This document shows positions 58,358 to 64,000 of a stretch of 64,000 nucleotides of DNA, piece by piece. The number at the start of each line of letters is the position of its first letter. The stretch's first letter is position 1. The stretch covers positions 18,175 through 82,174 of the forward strand of contig DATKKV010000013.1 of assembly GCA_035542735.1 (NCBI GenBank), given 5' to 3'. Source of the stretch: Bryobacteraceae bacterium. Its GTDB lineage: Bacteria; Acidobacteriota; Terriglobia; Bryobacterales; Bryobacteraceae. The position numbers and the translations under genes were made by a program. Below the pieces are notes generated by a model that was not told the origin of the DNA, did not search any database, and was given only the letters and a program-made list of their open reading frames with translations.

Positions 58358-59281
58358 ATGAACGATATCATCCGCTTGACTGATCCTGAGCACCTGACTG
58401 TGGTCAGCATAGCCACCTCGTTTGGCAATAACGCGTACTCCATGGCCGTGCGCGGGCAGGAGATTCTGTACAAGCCCGCGCCGGATCTGGATTCCTGGAA
58501 GGTCAAGCCCGGCTTCGGCGGCGTGCCGTTGCTTTCGCCCTGGGCCAACCGCATCGATGGCGAATCCTATTTCGCCAATGGCAAGAAGTATGTGCTGAAT
58601 CCGTCGCTCGGCAATGTTCGCTACGACGGGCATCATTTGCCGATCCACGGCCTCGCGGCGTATACGGACAAGTGGCGGGTGGTCACGAGCGATACATCGT
58701 CCGTCACGTCGCGCCTGGAACCTTGGCGCGAACCCGATTGGATGGCGCAGTTTCCGTTCGCGCACGCCATCGAAGTGACGCACCGGCTGCATGGGGGCGC
58801 GCTGGAGGTGGCAACGAAGGTCGAGAATCTGTCGAGCGAGCCGATGCCGCTCTCGCTCGGCTATCATCCCTATTTTCAGTTGACCGATTCGCCTCGCGAT
58901 GACTGGAACGTCCACCTGGCTGCGCGGGAAAGCGTGGTGTTATCGGATCTGCTGGTCCCGACGGGAGAGCGCAAGCCCATCGAGTTTCCGAATCCCTATC
59001 CACTTGCCGGAGGCGCGCTCGATAACGTGTTCACGGGCCTCACCGGGGCAGATTGGGTGCTGGAAGGAAAGCGCCAGAAAATTTCCGTGAAGTTCGGGCC
59101 TAAGTATCCCGTGGCCGTGGTTTACGCGCCGGCGGGCCGATCGTTTGTATGCTTCGAACCGATGGCCTCACAGACCAATGCCTTCAACCTGACGCACTCG
59201 GGTAAGGGCGCGGGACTGCAGGTTATCCCTCCGGGCAGCAACTGGAGCGAGAGCTTTTTCATCGCGCCCAGCGGATTCTAG
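58358..59281 (+). CDS. aldose 1-epimerase family protein
   Basis: GGVPLLSPWANRIDG, HGL..., GYHPYFQL motifs of the galactose-mutarotase-like fold. Confidence 0.7.
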   Translation: MNDIIRLTDPEHLTVVSIATSFGNNAYSMAVRGQEILYKPAPDLDSWKVKPGFGGVPLLSPWANRIDGESYFANGKKYVLNPSLGNVRYDGHHLPIHGLAAYTDKWRVVTSDTSSVTSRLEPWREPDWMAQFPFAHAIEVTHRLHGGALEVATKVENLSSEPMPLSLGYHPYFQLTDSPRDDWNVHLAARESVVLSDLLVPTGERKPIEFPNPYPLAGGALDNVFTGLTGADWVLEGKRQKISVKFGPKYPVAVVYAPAGRSFVCFEPMASQTNAFNLTHSGKGAGLQVIPPGSNWSESFFIAPSGF

Positions 59282-59303
59282 GGAGTTCCCCTAGCTGAGG
59301 AGT

Positions 59304-59468
59304 CTGTGTGAAAACCCTCCGCTTTGACTGGCATTGCGGGAGCGAAGGGGACAGACCGCTGTGTCCACTGAACGCGATTTGTTGAAAGTGCGGCGATTGT
59401 GGGTCGGGGACACAGTGGTCAGTCCCCTTCGCCAGGGAAAATTTCCGCGTAATGCCGTTTTCACACAG
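59304..59468. repeat. ~165-nt extended imperfect hairpin (MITE-like or structured RNA)
   Basis: Outer stem CTGTGTGAAAAC (59304..59315) with GTTTTCACACAG (59457..59468). Middle stem GGCATTGCGG (59330..59339) with CCGCGTAATGCC (59445..59456). Inner stem GCGAAGGGGAC-A-GACCGCTGTGTCC (59342..59366) with GGACACAGTGGTC-A-GTCCCCTTCGC (59408..59432). Loop 41 nt. Confidence 0.7.
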
Positions 59469-59512
59469 GCTCTGACGACAGGGGTTATAACCCCGCACGT
59501 CAGTGCGGAGAC
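59468..59512. repeat. REP-like element, copy D (left half degenerate)
   Basis: GGCTCTGACGACAGGGGTTATAACCCCGCACGTCAGTGCGGAGAC. It shares the GGGGTTAT(C/A)ACCCC core and the CTGACG/CGTCAG loops. Confidence 0.55.
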
Positions 59513-59536
59513 GGTCTACACTGAAAATACCCCCAC

Positions 59537-60601
59537 ATGGTGACCGAGTCCGCTATTTCCACGTTCGAAAGCATCGATCTCGACTGCGGCGCGACCATTG
59601 CTCCGGTCGAGGTCGCGTATGAGACCTACGGCACGCTGAACGCGCAAAAATCGAACGCGATTCTGGTGTTGCACGCCTTTTCCGGCGACGCACACGCGGC
59701 GGGCGAGGGCGGATGGTGGTCCAAGATGATCGGCCCCGGCGAGGCGTTCGATACCGACCGTTACTTCGTCATTTGTTCAAACGTTCTTGGCGGATGCCGG
59801 GGCACCACCGGACCGTCGTCCATCAACCAGGAAACAGGCGAGCCGTGGGCGATGTCGTTCCCGGTGGTCACCATCGCCGATATGGTGCGGCTCCAGAAGA
59901 TGCTAATCGATTCCCTCGGCATCAGAAAGCTCTTGGCGGTTGCCGGGGGGTCCATGGGGGGGATGCAGGCGCTCGAATGGGCGGTCGCGCACCCTGGCAG
60001 CGTCGCCGCGGCGCTGCCGATTGCGACCACCGCCCGGCACAGCGCGCAGCAGATCGCGTTCAACGAAGTCGGCCGCCAGGCGATCATGGCGGACCCGGAT
60101 TGGAATGAAGGAAATTACTACAAGGGCAAGCCGCCGGGGCGAGGCTTGTCCGTGGCTCGCATGGTGGGCCACATCACATATATGAGCGACGCCAGTATGC
60201 GCGCGAAGTTCGGCCGCAGGCTGCGCGCGCCGGATCAGTTCGAAGTGGAAAGCTACCTGCAATATCGCGGCAGCACGTTTGTGGACCGGTTCGATGCGAA
60301 CTCGTATCTGTACATTACGCGCGCCATGGATTCCTTCGATTTGACCCAGCGCGGCACGCTTGGGGCCCTGTTTGAGAAAATTCCGACACGATTCCTGGTT
60401 ATCAGCTTCACGTCGGACTGGCTCTATCCCAGCTATCAATCGCTCGAAATCGTCAGCGCGCTCCGCAGCCGCAACTGCGACGTGGCGTACTGCAACCTCG
60501 CCTCCGATTACGGCCACGATGCGTTCTTAGTGGAGGTGAAGGAGCAGGCCGAACTCGTGCGAGGTTTCCTAGCCAGCACGTTCCGAGGCTTACCGGCATG
60601 A
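59537..60601 (+). CDS. metX: homoserine O-acetyltransferase
   Basis: [17 protein letters not shown] and [12 protein letters not shown] (nucleophile elbow). A C-terminal SD.GHDAF-like segment reads [12 protein letters not shown]. Confidence 0.95.
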   Translation: MVTESAISTFESIDLDCGATIAPVEVAYETYGTLNAQKSNAILVLHAFSGDAHAAGEGGWWSKMIGPGEAFDTDRYFVICSNVLGGCRGTTGPSSINQETGEPWAMSFPVVTIADMVRLQKMLIDSLGIRKLLAVAGGSMGGMQALEWAVAHPGSVAAALPIATTARHSAQQIAFNEVGRQAIMADPDWNEGNYYKGKPPGRGLSVARMVGHITYMSDASMRAKFGRRLRAPDQFEVESYLQYRGSTFVDRFDANSYLYITRAMDSFDLTQRGTLGALFEKIPTRFLVISFTSDWLYPSYQSLEIVSALRSRNCDVAYCNLASDYGHDAFLVEVKEQAELVRGFLASTFRGLPA

Positions 60602-61206
60602 AAGAAGTTTACGGCCGCCGCGACTACGCCATCATCGGTGAACTGGTGGAACCGGGCACGCGCGTGCTCGATCTGGGCTGCGGCGAAGGCGAACTACTCG
60701 CCTGGCTGAGAGACAACAAGAACGTTGACGGCCGTGGCGTCGAACTCACGGGCGCCAAGGTGCAGAAAGCCATCGCCCGCGGTGTTTCGGTCTTTCAGGG
60801 CGATCTGGAATCGAGCCTGGAAGACTATCCCGGCAACGCTTTCGACTACGTCATCCTCAGCCAGACTCTGCAGGAGACGCGCGATCCGTTGAAGGTGCTG
60901 AAGGGCATGCTACGCGTGGGCAAACGGGGCATCGTCGCGTTTCCGAACTTTGCGCACTGGCGCGTGCGCGTGTCACATCTGATGTCGGGCCGCGCGCCGC
61001 GCACCGATCTGTTTCCCTACGACTGGCATAACTCGCCGAACATCCATTTCCTGACGGTGCTCGACTTTGAGGCGCTCATGCGCGAGCAGGGCTGGAACGT
61101 GGAGCGGCGCATATTTCTGGCCGGACCGCGTGAGGTGAGAGTGCTGCCGAACCTGATGAGCGAGGTCGCGGTGTTCTTGTTCTCCGGGAGCGCGCCAGAG
61201 GCGTAG
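60598..61206 (+). CDS. metW: methionine biosynthesis protein MetW
   Basis: ATGA overlap with met[17 protein letters not shown] methyltransferase-like motif and the typical ~200 aa length. Confidence 0.9.
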   Translation: MKEVYGRRDYAIIGELVEPGTRVLDLGCGEGELLAWLRDNKNVDGRGVELTGAKVQKAIARGVSVFQGDLESSLEDYPGNAFDYVILSQTLQETRDPLKVLKGMLRVGKRGIVAFPNFAHWRVRVSHLMSGRAPRTDLFPYDWHNSPNIHFLTVLDFEALMREQGWNVERRIFLAGPREVRVLPNLMSEVAVFLFSGSAPEA

Positions 61207-61219
61207 CCCGGGTAACGTG

Positions 61220-63655
61220 TCATAGCCCGCCTGCATACAACTGGAACGGTCCCCAATAAAAAGGTTTCTTGTACATGCCGCTTCCATGTAACAGAGTCAG
61301 CTTCGCGTGCCGGAGCGCGCCTGCAGGCGAGGCGTTGTGCGCCAACTGATCGTAAAGATCCGCCATTAACTCCGCAGTCGAACGGTCTGTGACGTCCCAT
61401 AGCCCTGCCACCACGGATCGGGCGCCCGCTCGCAGGAACGCCCAGGACAAGCCCACCTGTCCTTCTCCCGAAAGCGTTCTTGCCCCCGCGCCGCGGCAGG
61501 CCGACAACGTGACCAGCGTTGCGTTCAGGGGGACGTTCATCGCGTCGCGCGCGAGCAGTTGGTAGCCTGCGCCCGCATGGCGCGACAGAATCAGCGCGGA
61601 ATCAAGAGGGTTGTTCCGGTTTGCGGCCGCATGCGCGGCAAAATGGATCCACGCGTACTCGCCGGGCCGCGCCTGGCGATAGGCCTCCGGATGCGCGTCC
61701 GTGCCCTGCAGCACTGTCTTCTTTTTCGCGTGAAAGACGCGCGAAATTTGCTCGATTTCGCTGCCCGCGAACGGGAGACGAGGATATTCCTCGACGGCCT
61801 GCTCCGGATTTCCGATCAGCAGCAGAGTATCGGGCGCACGCGCCGCGCCGCGAGCCTCGCCCAGCAAATTCAGCGACGGCGCGACCTCCAGCGTGGCGCG
61901 CTCGATCAGGTATCGCGAAGGATTCTCCGGATCTGGCAGCGTTTCAAAGTTCAAGGCATGCAGCGAGCCCTCCAGCGCCAGCACGACGCGGCCGGCCGGC
62001 TCCGGCAAGGGCAGTGCCGGGCCCACCAGCATCGCCGCCAGTTTGCGTCCCGCCGGAAATTCCGATTGCATAGGGTCGCGCAAATTTTCCAAGAACGCTC
62101 GATAGCCCGAAACCAGCGCCGCGATCTGGCTTTCCGGCGGCAGGGGATGGAGGACAATGCCGTCGGCGCTGACTTTCCAGAGAAACGATCTCTTCCTTCC
62201 CAGCCAATAGGAGAGAAACACGCTGTGGGAGGATCGGGCCAGTTCACGCAGCCTCGCCGCGGAGACCGCTGGGCGCGCCGGTTTCGATTCCAGCCGTTCG
62301 TCGAGCACGCGCGCCCGGCTTGCTTCGGCCACCTCCAGCGCGCGATCCGGCTGGTTCCGATCCACCAGGAAGTCGATGTAGCGGTCGTAAAAGCGGATCA
62401 GCCTGGCCAGATACGTCATGCGATCGTCGGCCTGGACCAGCGCGGCACGCTGGCTTTCCAGGGCCGCGAGCGCCTCCCGGAATTGCGTGTCCGCCTGATC
62501 GAGCTGCCCCTTCGCGGCCAGAAGCGCGGCGAGCCCGGCGCGAGCTTCCAGCATTTCCACCGGGCTCATGCCCGGCTTGTACTCGGCGATCAGGCCGCGA
62601 TACAAATCCTCGGCGCGCGCATCCTTGCGGCCCGCGGCGACGTGCGCTTCGTTGATGCGAGGATAATAATCGGAGTGGTCGCCGATGGCCTCGCGCAGGC
62701 GCAGGGACTCGCGATTGTATTTCTCCGCAGCGTCGAAGTCGCCTAGTTCAATGGAAGTCGATGCCAGGCTGTAATACCACCAGCCGGTGAGATTCCGCTC
62801 ATTCCGATCCCGCAACTTTGCAATCTCGAGGGCCTGCTTGAATTTTTCCAATGCTTTGTCGTAATCGCCGCGCTCGCTGAGCACATCGCCGCTATTGCCG
62901 ATCCAGAGTTGCTCGTCGTACCGGTTATGTACCCGGTTGGCGTATGCGCGCGCCTGCTCGAAGTAGTCCAGAGCTTTATCGGAGTCGCCCAGATTCTGGT
63001 AACACGACCCCAGGTTGCCCAACGTGACGTAGTAAGAAGTTTCGACGCCGAGGCGGCGGAACACCGTGCTGGCTTTGTCGATCCAGTAGACGGCGTCCTC
63101 CAACTGGAACGCGTTCAGAAACAGCAGGCCAAGATTGTTCATGGCGGTAGCCTGCAGCGTTAGGTCGCCGAGGGCGCCCGCAACCTCCACCGCGTGGCGC
63201 AGGGCCCGCTCGCTCTCTTCGCGGCGTCCCTCCTTGGCCAGAACGTCGCCCAGGCGCACTTCGATCACGGTTTGCACGACGGTGGGAGGCAGCGGCGCGG
63301 CGATTCGGGCAGCCTCCAGGAGCAAGGCTTCGGCGCGCGAATAGTTGGCGTCCAGATTCTCCGCCCAGGCCTGATCCATCCGGAGGCGGGCCAGCAATTC
63401 CGGATCGGATGGAGGAGGAGCGAGCCCTAGAAGTTCACGCGCAGCCTTCGTATCGGCGCGCGCCAACAGCACGTCGGCCTTGAGGATACGAAAGGGCCAG
63501 GAGCCACCGCCGCGCATTCCGCGCTCCGCAATAGCCATGGCCTCGTCGAGCTTGCCTTGACGCATGAGCGCCCGGCCCTCCTGATAGCGGGCCTCGGGCG
63601 AGGCGCCGCAACCGGCGAGGATCAGGCACGCGATGGCGAGGCGCCGGGAACCCAT
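61220..63655 (-). CDS. lipoprotein with TPR repeats and a C-terminal CHAT (caspase-like) protease domain
   Basis: Lipobox LILAGC. Many TPR units (e.g. YYVTLGNLGSCYQNLGDSDKALDYFEQA). CHAT His/Cys context: IHFAAHAAANRNNPLDSALILS and LVTLSACRGAGA. Confidence 0.85.
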   Translation of the reverse strand: MGSRRLAIACLILAGCGASPEARYQEGRALMRQGKLDEAMAIAERGMRGGGSWPFRILKADVLLARADTKAARELLGLAPPPSDPELLARLRMDQAWAENLDANYSRAEALLLEAARIAAPLPPTVVQTVIEVRLGDVLAKEGRREESERALRHAVEVAGALGDLTLQATAMNNLGLLFLNAFQLEDAVYWIDKASTVFRRLGVETSYYVTLGNLGSCYQNLGDSDKALDYFEQARAYANRVHNRYDEQLWIGNSGDVLSERGDYDKALEKFKQALEIAKLRDRNERNLTGWWYYSLASTSIELGDFDAAEKYNRESLRLREAIGDHSDYYPRINEAHVAAGRKDARAEDLYRGLIAEYKPGMSPVEMLEARAGLAALLAAKGQLDQADTQFREALAALESQRAALVQADDRMTYLARLIRFYDRYIDFLVDRNQPDRALEVAEASRARVLDERLESKPARPAVSAARLRELARSSHSVFLSYWLGRKRSFLWKVSADGIVLHPLPPESQIAALVSGYRAFLENLRDPMQSEFPAGRKLAAMLVGPALPLPEPAGRVVLALEGSLHALNFETLPDPENPSRYLIERATLEVAPSLNLLGEARGAARAPDTLLLIGNPEQAVEEYPRLPFAGSEIEQISRVFHAKKKTVLQGTDAHPEAYRQARPGEYAWIHFAAHAAANRNNPLDSALILSRHAGAGYQLLARDAMNVPLNATLVTLSACRGAGARTLSGEGQVGLSWAFLRAGARSVVAGLWDVTDRSTAELMADLYDQLAHNASPAGALRHAKLTLLHGSGMYKKPFYWGPFQLYAGGL

Positions 63656-63697
63656 CGAAGATTGATCGTATCAATTGGATCAACTGCCTGGGCGGGA

Positions 63698-64000
63698 TCA
63701 ACTGCCGCCAGGCAGCGAGGATCCGTTGGCTCCGCTGTTGCCGAAGCCATTGCATCCTTCCACCGAACAACCCAGGTCGACGTGCAGCATGTGCAGCCTG
63801 CGCGACGTGGCGGTGATGTAATAGTGCGCAGCATAGATGGTCCCGAAGTGCGGCACGTAGATGCCATGTTCGGCGGCGTGTGCCATCCCACGCGGGAGTT
63901 TCTTGGGGATGCGGGCCAGCGTGCAGGCGAACAGGCCATTGTAGGTGGGGAGCTTGTTGCCTTTGCGGGGGAACAGCGCCAGCTCGTCCAGTTCCTTGCG
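63698..64000 (-). CDS. C-terminal fragment of an unknown protein encoded upstream of the CHAT gene (5' end outside the window)
   Basis: The frame of ORF 63698..63886 stays open to the window edge: RKELDELALFPRKGNKLPTYNGLFACTLARIPKKLPRGMAHAAEHGIYVPHFGTIYAAHYYITATSRRLHMLHVDLGCSVEGCNGFGNSGANGSSLPGGS*. No family recognised. Confidence 0.45.
   Translation of the reverse strand, partial: RKELDELALFPRKGNKLPTYNGLFACTLARIPKKLPRGMAHAAEHGIYVPHFGTIYAAHYYITATSRRLHMLHVDLGCSVEGCNGFGNSGANGSSLPGGS

Noticed and set aside
46073-59512. The possibility that the repeated GGGGTTATCACCCC elements are a CRISPR array
   Set aside because: The copies are 3-6 kb apart and separated by ordinary genes. They vary in sequence and are internally palindromic, which is REP-like behaviour rather than CRISPR.
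59282-59536. SAM or methionine riboswitch upstream of metX
   Set aside because: I could not find the conserved cores of the SAM riboswitch classes I know (for example a GAGGGA...GCAACC-type SAM-I junction, or SAM-II/V pseudoknot motifs). The region is reported instead as an unexplained long hairpin.
61559-62746. 395-aa plus-strand ORF
   Set aside because: It is antisense to the TPR-CHAT gene.

Overview
High-GC, gene-dense chromosomal segment, most likely from an Acidobacteria-type genome. The inference rests on an ADOP-type duplicated orphan permease, an acidobacterial-type VWA protein and a giant SBBP beta-propeller protein. I support about 55 protein genes and found no rRNA, tRNA or CRISPR array. 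Most of the window is core: rplU-rpmA-obg, a bamA/surA-like/tamB envelope cluster, an amt-glnK-glnD nitrogen operon running on into lysE and recQ, lpdA-lipB-E2, metX-metW, galU, rluD, an htrA-type protease and terC. The non-core or odd content is: (1) a hicAB locus whose hicA toxin is broken by a 1-nt frameshift; (2) a 4-copy REP-like double-hairpin repeat family confined to intergenic spacers; (3) a ~165-nt near-perfect extended hairpin upstream of metX; (4) a ~55-nt imperfect inverted-repeat pair bracketing a more AT-rich ~0.5 kb segment that holds only tiny ORFs; (5) an orphan TadZ/CpaE-like ATPase with a degenerate P-loop next to an unknown secreted protein; (6) a papain-like peptidase carrying a long poly-Asp/Gly/Gln tract, coupled to a Tat-signal NHL propeller and followed by an orphan fliD; (7) a barrel-less five-POTRA protein coupled to the htrA-type protease; (8) a lipoprotein TPR-CHAT protease. 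I do not see a clear-cut new multi-gene system. Items 3, 4, 6 and 7 are the best candidates for undescribed biology. All product calls come from motif recognition in the supplied translations or my own manual translations; no database search was possible.
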